Source: the human T2T-CHM13v2.0 reference genome, Homo sapiens. From it: DNA of 64,000 bases. Below the pieces are notes generated by a model. It was not told where the DNA came from. It made no database searches and worked only from the letters and a program-made list of their open reading frames with translations. Shown piece by piece: positions 40,368-53,392 of the stretch; position 1 is the stretch's first letter; the number at the start of each line of letters is the position of its first letter. The position numbers and the translations under genes were made by a program. The DNA is taken from NCBI RefSeq assembly GCF_009914755.1, contig NC_060926.1; one strand, given 5' to 3'.

Positions 40368-40764
40368 TTTTTTGAATTATGTTTTTAATTGACAAATAAA
40401 AATCATATATATTTATTGTAAACAACCTGTTTTAAAATGTGTATACATTGTGGAATGGCTCAGTCAAGCCATAATTAACATATGCATTACCTCATATACT
40501 TACCATTTTTGTGGTGATAACATTTAAAATTTATTCTCTTAGTGATTTTTGCACAAATACATTTCCAGTGATTATAGTGACCATGTAGTACAATAGATCC
40601 TTGTATTCCTCCTGTAGAACTGAAATTTTACATCCTTTGACCAACATCTCCCCAACCCCTCCTCACTTCAAAGCCCCTGGTAACCACGATTCTACTCTCT
40701 ATGAGTTCAACTTTTTTAGATTCTGCATATAAGTGAGGTAATGCAATATTTGTCTTTCTGTGCC
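40368..40764 (-). mobile_element. L1MA-type 3' end inserted in a MIR
   Basis: ttaattgacaaataaaaat...tatacattgtggaatggct...ctatgagttcaacttttttagattc...tttgtctttctgtgcc, with cccagttt on both flanks. Confidence 0.85.
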
Positions 40765-42327
40765 CCCAGTTTTACCATTTGTGAGAGCAAATGGTCATGG
40801 TGATGAATAATACCTATTCAGTGTATGCAGTCTTATTGGACTACTCAAATGCAGTGTACGTAAAATGAAAAATTTCAGAAACATAAGTAAATGTTTATAA
40901 AACAAACATAAATTTTGTTCTTCCACCCTCCTGTAACTTTGTCATCACTTCCTCATTTTTAAATATAGTGTTGTTGTATGTATAGCTATATCATGATCAG
41001 GCAAAAAAGTTAATAGGTTAAGTTCAAGCCAGTAACTGTTGATAGTTTTTAAACTCTCAGATAAAATATTTAATGTTGGAGAAGGAATTAGGAATTGGCT
41101 CATGGATAAAACAGAAAACCATCACCTGCCAGTGACCTCAAAATCTTATTTTAGCTAAAAGTTTTAACCATCTCCTCTTCTAAACCTGTAAGTGGAAAAT
41201 GAGCTACAAATAATAAATTATTTATCAATTCCACTGAACTCTGCTTTTTATGAGACTTCTTTCCATTACCCCAGCATTCCCAACTCCATATACAACCACA
41301 GATTATAGCTGGTACGCACCTTCTTCCCCCTAGGACATGCAGGTTACACTTTCAGACTACTGCCTGTTGGATTCAAATTATAGTTGTTTTTGCACTTAAG
41401 AATTCTTGTTACCAAGCTTGCCTAGTTGATCGTCTAGTTGACTAGGAGATAAATATTTCTAGAAGATGACACACAAAGAACTTGCAACTTCTAAATAGGG
41501 AGAACACAGAAGAGAAAGTAGAATCACCCAATATAAAGTATAGAGTCATTTTGTGCCAGGGCAAGCAACCCGGCAGTCTGGAGTCATCCCTGAATTTATA
41601 TTATATTGTAAAAATGGATGCTCAAAAAGGTTGTAAAGTGGGCAATATATATATTTAGACCAGTCTTAAGCAAAAATTTCATTTCTAAATATGTAAGCTT
41701 AAGTCTTTTAGCATATTCACTTATGTAAACCATCTCATTTCCTTATGGCAGATAGATTAGACTTACCACCCTCTTGTCTGAACATTTCAGTACAGTGCAA
41801 TTTGTCCTTCACCTAAAATGTTCAATGTGATATCTTTTTGTAAGTCAGGGAGTGGAATAATGAGCCTTCTTCTAGGTAATATTGCCAAGCTATCTTATCC
41901 TTCCTCACTCAGAGAAATTTCCAGGTAAATGATTTTGGTTATCAGAATGAAATTACTCATCTAGTCCCAGAGCTACTGAAGACACAGGGAGTAGGAGGCA
42001 GGTCTTCAGACTCCAGGGGCTGTGTTTTCCCCACTACACATGTGGTTTCTTCTCAGTCAGCTTTGAGCTGCCGTGTTGCCCAGCTCACTTGCCTGTTCGG
42101 GAGATGTGGCGGCTGATGCTTAACACTTCAAAACCATTTTCCCGGCCCCTGCAGCACCTACTGTTCTCTTCACCTTGAGTTTTATGAGAGCAAGAACTTG
42201 ATCACTCAGCTTCCCTTCCAAACCCGCTGTTACACTCCTGACACCTGTTTCCTGTTCAGGGACATGAGAAATGTCTGTGTCCATGCAGCAAATTCAGTCA
42301 CACTAGCCACGGTTTCTAAAGTAAACA

Positions 42328-42333
42328 TTTATT
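42328..42333 (-). terminator. KLF7: Distal polyadenylation signal AATAAA of KLF7
   Basis: Plus-strand TTTATT. On the minus strand it is followed ~20 nt later by GU-rich GTGGCTAGTGTGACTG, and it lies at the edge of the repeat-free block. Confidence 0.7.
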
Positions 42334-45300
42334 GGAAAGTTTCTTGTCAGATTCATTTGATTAGGGATAGAGGTTATTCACCACCGTATCCACTTCTGTA
42401 AGTCCAAAGAATGCAAAGAAAGCTTGACTACTGCTGTGTCCCATGTGACAAATGTGTTTTACTGCTGTTTCCTGTGAATGACACCACTTCTCTCGGGGAA
42501 TCGCTGAGCTCGGGATGCTGAGGCGACACCACCAGCTGGGTTCTCTACCTTCCTCCTTACTGGTGATGCTCTTTCCTGGAAGTCGTGTGTGGCAGAGATT
42601 TTAGTACTTTTCTTTTCAGTTCTGAGAATTTTCCCTGGGGCTTTCATCTCCCTCTCTTCTCTGGGTCTGAAGCTGCTTGTATTTCCATCTAGTTTTTTGT
42701 ACTCTCCACAGCCAGCTGGATTTCCTGGCTTCCGGTTACCCATTTCCTCCCCACTCCAACCATCTCCTGTCATTTTACTGCCCCCTACCCCTCACCTAAA
42801 TTATTCCCTCTGATCTTTACCCTTCCTCCTTCACAGACTGCTTCAAAGATCCTTTCCCAATAGGTTCCTATTAAACACCATCCCAGAACAAACTGCCTCC
42901 TTCTCTCGCCAAATAAACCGCTTTCAATAAGCCTCTCCCAACCCCCTAAACAAATAACATCTTGTAATCTCTATCATTCTAAAATATTGCTTTTCATAAT
43001 CTCCAACAATTGGCTCCCTTTTTCCCCTTGAAGAAATAAACTCAGTGACCCTTATTTGGGCATTGAGCTGCCTCAATGAAACTATAAAATACACACATAC
43101 GCACACACACACACAACTTCCCAAACGAAGATAACCTAATACAACCTTTTGCTTTCCCTTTCTCCAAGAAAGAAAACTTTCACGAAGTATGTAAGTACCC
43201 ACTTGCGTCTTTCGAAGATTTTTTTCCCCAGTGAAACAAGCTAAGGAGAAATACAGTAAAGTATTCCAAGGCCAAACACATTCTACTGTTTATTACACAT
43301 ATTACATTCTTAAATAAAAATGCGTCACATAACATTTTTTGCATAGATATCTTACAATATACCAATTTAAAAAAGAATTATGAAACAGACCAGTAACAAA
43401 AATAAATTTTTTCTTCATTAATAATTTTGTAACATTAACATACCACCATCATATAATACAAATAATAGTTTTAAATCTTAAGACTTTTGTACAGCAAAAA
43501 AACTTGACAAAGTAATATATTTATATATATATATATATAAAAAGCTTAAAAAAAATAAAATGTCAAAAAAAGGCATAACCGAGGGCTATAAGACTGGGTA
43601 CTTCTGTGATATATTATAAATACCAGAGAAGGCCTGAGAGAATGTGACGGGGGGAGGCGGGGAAGGAGACGGGGCTGGGAGTAGGTCTCTCCAAACACAC
43701 TTGTTAGACACATCTGGCAAAAAGAAAATGTATAGTGCAAAAATAAATTTATTCAAGCAACTGTTAAGAGGATAATAGAGATTTGAAAGAAAAGTTTCAG
43801 TGGCTGGGAAGTTGTGTGGGAGTAGGAAGTGGGAGAAGGAGCTTGACGCGGGGGCGGGTGGGGGCTTGTGGAAAGGAAGGGGAGGCTTCAAAAACATTAG
43901 ACATTTATTTTTGCCTCTGTGTTAGCAAGGAGATCTTGGCCATTAACAGGTGTATTTTTCCTCCCTGGAATGAAGCAGAAGTGAAAGATAAGGAAATTAA
44001 ACTAAGTCTGGGTTTAGATAGGAAATGCATGCTGGGAAGAAAAAACAAAAAGGTTGAGAACCAGCCAATAAGCCCCAAAGCCTTCAGGACCTAGGTTTGC
44101 AGAAATCGTTCTGCCTCCAGTCCAAAGGCCTAGGTTTAAAATGTCCCCTCTGCCCACCCCCAACCCCTCCCCGCTATGTGGAACTCCCAGTGTGGTTTCG
44201 ATATACTGGCAATTATAAGCATCCATCCCCCCCAAAAGATATTAGGCACTGGTGGCTACTCCTCCGAAACGTCAGTAGCCTGTTTTCCTTCCGTGAAGGT
44301 ACGACAGGTACATATGCGCATGTCTAGGTGCGAGCATATATACCACCCTCATTATGCTGACGTGGGGTCCATCTTATGGCAGTAGACAGAAGCTGGACTC
44401 ACAGCAAGTTACGATTCCAAAGCTCACAGTTGAAAAAAAATTGTATAAACAGTCCCCAACAAAGAACATTATCAACCTTCCCTCATGACCACTGAGAGGG
44501 AGCCCTGTTTGAAAAGAATATCTTGTTTGGGATATTTGTGAAGTGATGGCCCAGGATTTCTCTCTCTGTTTTTGACACCTGTTTCCCGAGGACTTTTATG
44601 TTAAATGCAAAACACCTGAAAAATACAGTACTCTATTGGAAGGATGCACATAAGAAAGTTAACTGCAGCTTTATTTTTCCCTTTTCTGGGATCTATTAGG
44701 AACCAACAGAGGAGATTTAAGAGTGTTAAAAGCAAGAAAAAACCCTGAAGCCTCAGGCAGTTCGTCGTGGGAGGTCACGTTATTTACAAGAAGTTTCTGC
44801 TTCCTTTCACACATTTCTGTTGTTCCATCTCAAGTATTCCCAAAGATCCTCACTGAGGAAAGTAGGCCATCAAAGAGACATTGATGTATACTCAGGATAG
44901 GCCCTCTAGTTTTCAAACTGAGATATCACCATGTTCACCGAAATTTAATCCAGACACCCTGAATTTGAGTCCTCCCCTCCTGCCCCCCAACTCTTGCGCT
45001 TGGCAGGTGGCCACTTCCCGAAAATGCAAAGGAAAGCTTCCAGGAGTAAATTTCAATCAGGTTCTATTTACTGAATGTTCATTTTGGCAATGTTCTGGGT
45101 GCAAAATTGTAGCCAGAAATGCTGGCCCTCTTAAGATTTCAAAAAAATTCTAATAAACTAAAAAATGAACCTGATTTTTGTAGTTAAATGTGTTGCATCT
45201 TTATCTTACTTTGCCTACCTTCTTCCTGCTCCTAAAAGCAACTCATGCAAAAGAGAAGACAGAAGCACTTCCCACTTTTTACTTAACAATTTATGAAGTG

Positions 45301-48300
45301 ACTTCCATAAAGGAAACCATTTTGAACCATCAAAACGAGTCACTGGGTTTTGTTCTTGCAACTTGAGTTTCTTTTGGCTTTGCCATAAAATGCAGGAATA
45401 AAGGCAAGAGGCAATGTTCCGAATGCACTGGAAGAGCCATCCAAAAGCCCCATTTCTTTCCCCTTTGATGCAAATAGACATGGATAATCTGGAAAGCTTA
45501 TCCCAAACAAAAGTCCTTATAAAATCTTCTCTGAAGCCAGAGAAGATTTTTTAAAACTAGGATTCAGTTCTGCTAATCAGGCATGAGGTTGGCTGTCCTT
45601 TTACCCTGTTATCATCAGGCAATCAAAGATGTACAAAGGGCACAAGAGGTGCAGGTGGAGAGGAGATGGCGTCGAGAGAAGAGGATATTTGAAGGGCTTT
45701 GCAAGGGAAAGCACACAGAGAGGAGGAAATGGTCAGCATGAAGTTCATTTTGGGGTCTCCAATATTTTTACAAAAATGCAGCTTTGTCATGGAATCTGAA
45801 CATCTCTTTTTCTGGACATAATACTCATTACCACCAGGCATTGAGCTGAGCCATTAACCATGGGTGGGGCAGGAGGCCAGTAGCTAGGAGCAGCATTATA
45901 ATTTCAGGTTTCCATGTCTATGACTTACAGTCATGTGGCAGGAGAAAGAAGTATAATTTGAAATTACAAAAAAAAAAATTGTCAGTGGCTTAGAAACTCT
46001 TTTTCTACATGAACAAATCTGAACCCTGGATAAAAGCGTGCTTGTTAGGACACCACCAGAAACACCAGGCCGGGTTTTTCCTTTCAAATTTGGGATCCCC
46101 TGGAGGGTTAGGAGGTAACAACTGAAATGAGAAAGGGGTTTAATGTGTTTCAAATGTCCATTAATGCACTGTTTTAAATAACCAGTCCTCTTGGGAGCAA
46201 AATGTCTTCAGGTTACTTCTTGGAAAACCTGCTCGCTCTAGCGGCTCTTAGTAACCATCTCTGCCACTGCAGAGGTGATGGACGTTTTATTACAAATCCA
46301 TTTCCAAAATGATCAGGACTGGTCATCATTCACAGGTGTCAACTGGGCTAAAGAAGAACAGTTTCAAAGCCATCCACTTAGCACCCACCAAATTCTTAGG
46401 CCAATTCTCACAGTCAACAAATGACTCTGAAGCAAGCAAGCACCACCATTGAGTTTCAATGCACCCTGCTCCAAGAAAGGTCAGGAGCAGATTACAAAGG
46501 ACCTCACTGATACAAAAGAGAGAGAAATTACTGAACATTTCAGACACTGATGAGGACCAAAGGGCCTTTGTTCTGCCACATTCAAATGAGACCACAGATG
46601 AAAATAGGGAGCAAACAAGCAATGATTACTCTTTTGCATTTTTTAAACTTTCTTTTTAATAGAGCCTTGCATTGGTCAGTTCGAAAATTAAATTAAGTAT
46701 TATAAACCCTTAATAATAGCATTCGAGAGGCAAGAGCAGCTCCAGCTTGGGAGAGAACATTTGCAAATCGTGGTGGCCATGGCTTAATGCCATCACTGGC
46801 GTGTGCGTGCATTCATGCTGGAGGCTGCTACATAAAGGAAAAGAAAGGAACCAACAGAATTCAGGGTGTCTAAAAGTTTCATCTAGTGCACTGACTGGAG
46901 GCGCTACAGTTTAATACAGCTGAGGTTCAAGGTCCCTCACACATCCTTCATCCAGGAAGGATGCACCACACATTCAAATATAATCCCATGGTACGCCCTG
47001 ATGGACTGGCCACAAAATGCACTCAAATGCAGCAGAGAACTACGAGATTGTCAGCAAGCAGTGCTCCAGAAATTGTTTTTAAGTCATGTCTAGTTTTAAA
47101 TCTTTGGAATAAAACTGATTTTTAATACCCTCCAACTAACATACATACAATTGCCTCCGGCAAATGGACAGATTTTGTGTGTGTGTGCGCGTGTGTGTTA
47201 ACGGGTGTTCTTTCTTTTTTTTTCATTTTGTATTATTTTGTTTTTTTTTTGTTTTTGTTTTTGTTTTTTTTGGTCTAAATAGAAAAAAGGAAAAGGAGAA
47301 AGTAAATTCTTAGGGCCAGACCTCGAAATGCCCCAAGTGTCCAATTGGCAGCTATAGCATTTGTGAGGAGGTTCCTTTGCCCTCAGACGAGTAGTTTCAA
47401 CATTTCAGTGAAAACAAAGGTTGCAGAAAGCTGAAAACCCAGATCTTGAAGGTTGCTGTCATATATGTGTTTGTGTTTCTTATATTATTTCCTTTTGACT
47501 TCAGTTTTGCATCCCAAATATGTATGGGGTGGCATTTTAACAGTCAATGAGTCAAACAGTCAAAGGAGGACAGGAGGGGAGCCAGCTGGTAGGAGGGAGC
47601 AGCAACCGTGTGTGGACCAAGCGCCATTTTTGTTTTATAGACGTGTCTTGAAGGGATGGTCCCAGAATATACAAAATATACAATCTGTCCTAATAACCAC
47701 CCCGCTTGCTTGCATAGGCCATTTGATGGTCCTAAAGGCAGTCTTTGGAGTTGAGGCCAGTGCCAGCTAGCTAGGAATGCGGGTAGATAGAGACCACTAC
47801 TGGATGTGTGAGTGTGGCATGACAAGTAAGGACTGTAGACTCCTTTGGAGTCAGCTTGCAGAGTAAATGTGAGGCCTCTGTTAATCCTGGGGGTTCTAGG
47901 TCACAAGTCATGGTGGGCCTAGCCAAAAAAAAAGGAAAGAAAGAAACGTGTCTCTCCTTTTAGACAGCCCATGAGAGAAACACCTCAACCTTTTCCTTAA
48001 ATGTCAACCCTTCACTCCCACAATGGCGTTTTAAATTGTGTATTGTAACACGTAGGGGAATAGGAGCTCAGTGGGCATGACAGAGAAGACAGGATGATCT
48101 TTTGTGAAGCCACTAGACTTGGGAGGCATCCTCAGTTTTCCCCACTCCTGGAAAGAGTGATATTTTTGGCTTTTTGTCAGGTCATAAACCAGAGTTAAAT
48201 TAAATACGCAGCTGCCCTCTGAGACTAGCGACATCTATGCTGTAACTGGTTATGGGGTAGCAATGACACACAGCACAACGGTTGATCACTATGAGCTGAG

Positions 48301-49199
48301 GTCATCATGCCTCAAGGAGGATGAGAGAACTGTGATGTCCCATCTGACTGGCTGCTTCGAGAGCTGGACATCCAGGTGCCGAGAGAGTCCTGGAGAGGTT
48401 TAGTCCATGGAGAAAAGATAAAACATTTAAGCTTCCAAATAAGCTTTTCAAGTTTTCGTTAGCAAAAACGGAGAGATTAAAAAGAAAAAATCTAGCACTG
48501 GCAATAAGGTGAGGCTCAAGGGATATACTGTGATTTATCATCAAGGACTTTATTCTCTTGGCCACTTTGCAGTCATGCTAGAAGTTTCCAGAATCCCTAG
48601 TGCATATGGTGTGCAAAAGTCAAAACGTAAGAAAAGAAAACTCCTCCCTTGAGAGTGAAGTCTACAGAAATGCAGGCCAGAAAGGTGTAAGGTGTTATTC
48701 CAGTCTGCCGCCGCTAAGGCCGTTGGGATCGACGCGAAAGATCTCAATAGTACTAAGAACCAAAACCAGTCAACAGTTCTGTGAGGAAGTCTGACGCACG
48801 GAATAGTAGGACTTTTCACACACAAAGGACAAATAAACCAAGAGTTAATTTTGGCTACCAAACTGCAATTTGGTTTTCTAGGTCATTTTCCCCCAACTAT
48901 TTAAAAAGAAACATTAGTGCTACACATATGCAACTTTAAGATGCTGGATTCTCCTATCAAGTTGCACTGAGAAGCAAGTGAAATAAGCCCCTCGGACTGC
49001 CGTCCACCTGCACAGACGTCACATCCATTTTCTTTGATTTCCATTGGCAACAGCGGGAAATAATTCCAATAGTGCTGAAGTAAGCAGCCAGTCTGCCTTG
49101 CTGAGTTCACCTGGTTTCCTTCTTCATCTTCTTCCATCTGGCTAGGGCAAGGCATAAAGAATAGACGTATATATTTTAAATATAGTTGAGTGCATGACA

Positions 49200-49223
49200 G
49201 TGTGTATGTGTGTGGGTCTGTGA

Positions 49224-49261
<38 letters not shown>
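49200..49261 (+). repeat. (TG)n microsatellite ((CA)n in KLF7 mRNA), proximal 3'UTR
   Basis: Imperfect TG run ending in ~13 perfect units, ~130 nt after the stop codon. Confidence 0.95.
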
Positions 49262-49389
49262 ACAGAGGTTTATAAGTGAGAACTTTCTTCTGCGAGGCAA
49301 TGGGTCCCCGCCTGAAGTCCAGCCCCCTGCCTCATGGCGTTTCCTTTAGACACTAGCCGATGCCATGGCAACTCTGGCCTTTCGGTTTT

Positions 49390-49441
49390 TTAGATATGTC
49401 TCTTCATGTGGAGGGCAAGATGGTCAGACCTGGAAAAACAC
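49390..49441 (-). CDS. KLF7: KLF7 terminal coding exon segment (end of zinc finger 3 plus stop)
   Basis: Minus strand tttatatctcctag|G TGT TTT TCC AGG TCT GAC CAT CTT GCC CTC CAC ATG AAG AGA CAT ATC TAA = (R)CFSRSDHLALHMKRHI*. The phase matches the upstream exon (AG+G = Arg). Confidence 0.97.
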
Positions 49442-49564
49442 CTAGGAGATATAAACAACAAGGATATTAGAGAACTCCCAGCAAACAGCTTGACTTGCAT
49501 CACTCCTTAGGAAATGATTTCCCTTACTTTAAACAGAGACAGTGCACATGCATTGAGAAACAGG

Positions 49565-49810
49565 GCCATGTGTTGGGAAGGTAAGTTTAAGGGGCAAAAT
49601 GTTTGGGTTTAAATCCCATCTCTTCCAATAGCTGTGTGACTCGGAGCACATTAACCTGTCTGTACTTTAATTCCTCCTCAGTAGAGTGGGGATAATTATA
49701 GCATTTACCTCATAGGTGGGTTGTGAGGATTAAATGAGATGATCTATGCAAGGTACTTAGAATACGGACTGGCACATCGTAGGATCTCAGTGCATGTTAA
49801 CTGTTATGAT
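49565..49810 (+). mobile_element. MIR SINE in last intron
   Basis: tgggtttaaatccc...agctgtgtgac...ttgtgaggattaaatgagatgat...acttagaa...tggcacat. Confidence 0.85.
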
Positions 49811-50359
49811 CATAATTGTGATTATTAAAGAAGAATGGGAAAGTGCTTTTGAAACCTGTGTCATGCCTGCATACTGTAAATATAATAAAGAATAATTAGT
49901 CTATATCATCAAAGGGTGGAACTTTGAAATTTCAACACCCAGATTTCAACCCTAAACTTTACAATGAAAGCCTAGAAATACTGCTTGTGATACTACTTAC
50001 AGGCTTATCAGACACTCTATATTCAAGTCAAAAAAAAAAAAAAAAAAGGATGAAGAAGGGTGCTCACAGTTATTGAGTATGTTACGATATGTAGGCACTA
50101 TGCTAAGGGTTTTCCCAATATCACGCCATCCTCACCAACCCTCCATGGTAAGTATTCTCACGCTTTGTGTGTGTGTGTGTTGGGGGCAGAAAGGAGGGGG
50201 GTGAAGGAAACTGAGGCTAAGGTGTTTCTTGGAACCTAAGGCCCATAACTGAGTGCCTTCTTCATGTCAGAGTGGATCCAGTGGTCATCTTCTTTCCTCT
50301 TTCCTCTAACACCAGCTATTTGATATTCTCTTGGGTAGCAACCCTTCTGCATTCTCATT

Positions 50360-50720
50360 TGTGTGAGGCTGAAGTTGTGGCCACAGTACTCTGCTAAACA
50401 ACAGCCATGTGACCTGTAAAGGCCAATGAGAACCAGCCCTGGGACATCTGCTGAAATTATTGGAAGAGAGAAGCTCTCTTTCCACTGGGATCCTGGAGTG
50501 ACTGGTGTCTATACTGCCCTTGTGGTAAAGAGTTGGCTGGAGAATGAAGTCAACAGAGAAAAAGGGGTTCTGGGGGATAGAAAGAGTCCAGATGATAATA
50601 TCAGAGAAGCTGGATCCAACGAAGCCTAAAGACAAATCTAATTCTGTTCTTCTTAGTTACCTGAGCGCATAAATACCCTTGGAGGCTAACTGCAGTCTAT
50701 AACATACAGAAACCTGACAG
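50360..50720 (+). mobile_element. Old MLT1 LTR
   Basis: gccatgtgacctgtaaaggccaatgaga...gagaatgaagtcaacagaga...ataaataccct. Confidence 0.5.
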
Positions 50721-51783
50721 TATGGGTGTTTCCAAATCCCTGCAGACTTCAATCTCAGGTTCTGAATGAAATCCCAGTGAAGTCAGCCTACATGACAGCA
50801 GTCATTCTGAGCTCTGAGTGTATGCTCTCCCCCTGGATCATTCGCCTGAAACTAGCTGCTTTCTAACCTATGAGAAAGTTCCCAGGCTCCCTGAAGCCTG
50901 AGACACCCCTACAGTCCAAAACTCCTGTCAGAATGTTAGCAAGCTACACTGTTCAGGTTAGCAGGGTTTCCTGTTCAGGGCAGGATTTCCCTATGTTTGT
51001 TCATTCTTAAAACAAACAAAAAATATCCACCCTTTCCCTTGACCGCAACATTCTCCACACCCGCTGTTTGTGTCCATTCCTTAAATAGGCACATGTGTAG
51101 GATAGAACTCCAAGGGAATGAAGTGAAATGGGACAAGAGTAAAACGAAAACCACATAAAAATGCGAAAAGTACAACTGAAAACAATCTAATCCAATAACA
51201 TGCTGCATAATAACAATTCCAATTATACCCACTTACTTCCAGCCCTGACTTTGTATGAGGAAGATATTTAGATAATCCCTTAGCGATGCCTCTAAAGGGG
51301 GTTTGGTTTGCAATAAAACAGTGTCACTAAGTTTTCTTTAAAAACTAGTACTCCATGTCACTGGTACACAGAAAAATCAATACAGCCCGCAGGGAATTTA
51401 GCGTCTAACTGGCATAATTCATGTCCTGAGGGTACAACTCAGTATTGCCCACTGCCTGTTCTCTTTCCCTCTCTCCCTCTCTTTCTCCCTGCCTTCTTTC
51501 TTCCTTCTTTTTCTCTCTTTCCCTCCTTCTTTTATCCCAACAACCTGGAGAAAGAAGATCCAAGTTGGGACATTCTGTTTGTAGGTATTTCTTTTTTAAA
51601 TGTAACATCCTTATAAGATCCCTATAAAGAAGGTACCATTCTTATTCCCACTACCAGATGAAACATTCATCAGAAAGAGGATTTGAACACAGGCAGTCTG
51701 ACGCCAGAGCCCACACTCTTAGTCACATCTGCTTAACCACATTGAGGAGAAGAGAGAACTGGGCTGTCAATTTAAGGAGCTTC

Positions 51784-52297
51784 TGGTAGGCAGAATAATG
51801 CTCCCTCCAAAATGTCTACACTTCATGCCCAGACACTAGGACTATGTTTGGTTACATGATAAAGAATTAAAGTTGTGGATGGAATTAACTTATGAATCAG
51901 CTGACATTAAACAGGGAGATTATTCTGGATTGTCTGGTTGGGCTCAATGCCATCACAACGGTTCTTAAAAGTGGGAGAAGGAATTGATAGAACCAGAGAG
52001 ATGTCAGCACGAGAAGGACTCAACAGCTTTAATGATGGAGGAATAGCATCATGAGCCAAGGAATGTGGGCAGCTTCTAGAAGCTGGAAAAGGAAAGGAAA
52101 TGGATATTCCCCTAGAGCCTCCAGAACAAAAATGCAGCTCTGCCAAAACCTTGAGTTTAGCCCAGTGAGACTTGTGTTGGACTTCTAACCTAGAAGTTTC
52201 TAACCTACAGAACTGTAAGATCATAAACTTGAAAAGTATATAAACATGATACTAAATTTGTGGCAAGTGGTCAAGGCAGCAACTAGAAAATTAATCC
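51784..52297 (+). mobile_element. MLT1D MaLR LTR
   Basis: tggtaggcagaataatg...gagattattctggatt...agccaaggaatgtgggcagcttctagaagctggaaaagg...cagaactgtaaga. Confidence 0.88.
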
Positions 52298-53041
52298 TGA
52301 GGTTAGGCTGGTCAGGCCTGAGGAGGATGTACCTGTGAGAAGCAACAACGCAGACACCCAGAAGCCTGCCTGTCCAAGAGGAATGCTGGGATTTGAGATG
52401 GTAAGGAGTGAAGAGAGGGCCTGGCAGTGGGAAACCCCTTTCCTTTCCTTTCTATATCCTGGGAACTCTCGGGAAATGAGTATTCTTGATACAGAACTTT
52501 ATTTGAAAGAACCATTCAGTAATATATGTGTTCGGCTTTATATCTGCCTTTACCAATTACTGGGTATTTAGCAATATATGTATAAGCATCTCCCTTTATC
52601 CTTCAAATTCAGGGAAAAAAAAGTGGAAAAAAGTAAACCAAACCTTTAACATGGTAGGAAATGTAACTGCACCCCTACTGAATCAAATGAGCATCATTAT
52701 TTGTTCAAATTCCAAAAAAAAAATGTATGATGCTCAGGATTAGACCAGGTCCCTTACTATTGAGGTTTTTATTTAAATTCAATACCCCAGCAAGGTACTT
52801 AGTCATGATTAACTTATACTTATTAATTTATACTTACTGAATTCCACATAGGAATAGTAAAAGGTAATAGATAAACTTGGCATCTAGAAGTGCAGAATCA
52901 AATAATTTTAAGAGTAATATACCCCTAGAGGGTATTTATAACTTTACAGCAGCCAGGTGACCTTAAATAAGAAGGTCCTTAATTACTGAAATTTGTACAT
53001 AATGGAGAACTAGTCAACCCCACAGTCATTTCTCTCGTTTA

Positions 53042-53392
<351 letters not shown>

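Larger units (their letters stand above)
42310..49389 (-). other. KLF7: KLF7 long 3'UTR (~7 kb)
   Basis: Follows the TAA stop and has no recognisable interspersed repeats over 7 kb, unlike the flanks. It carries AU-rich blocks and miRNA seed sites, and ends at AATAAA with a downstream GU-rich element. The 3' end is approximate. Confidence 0.8.
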
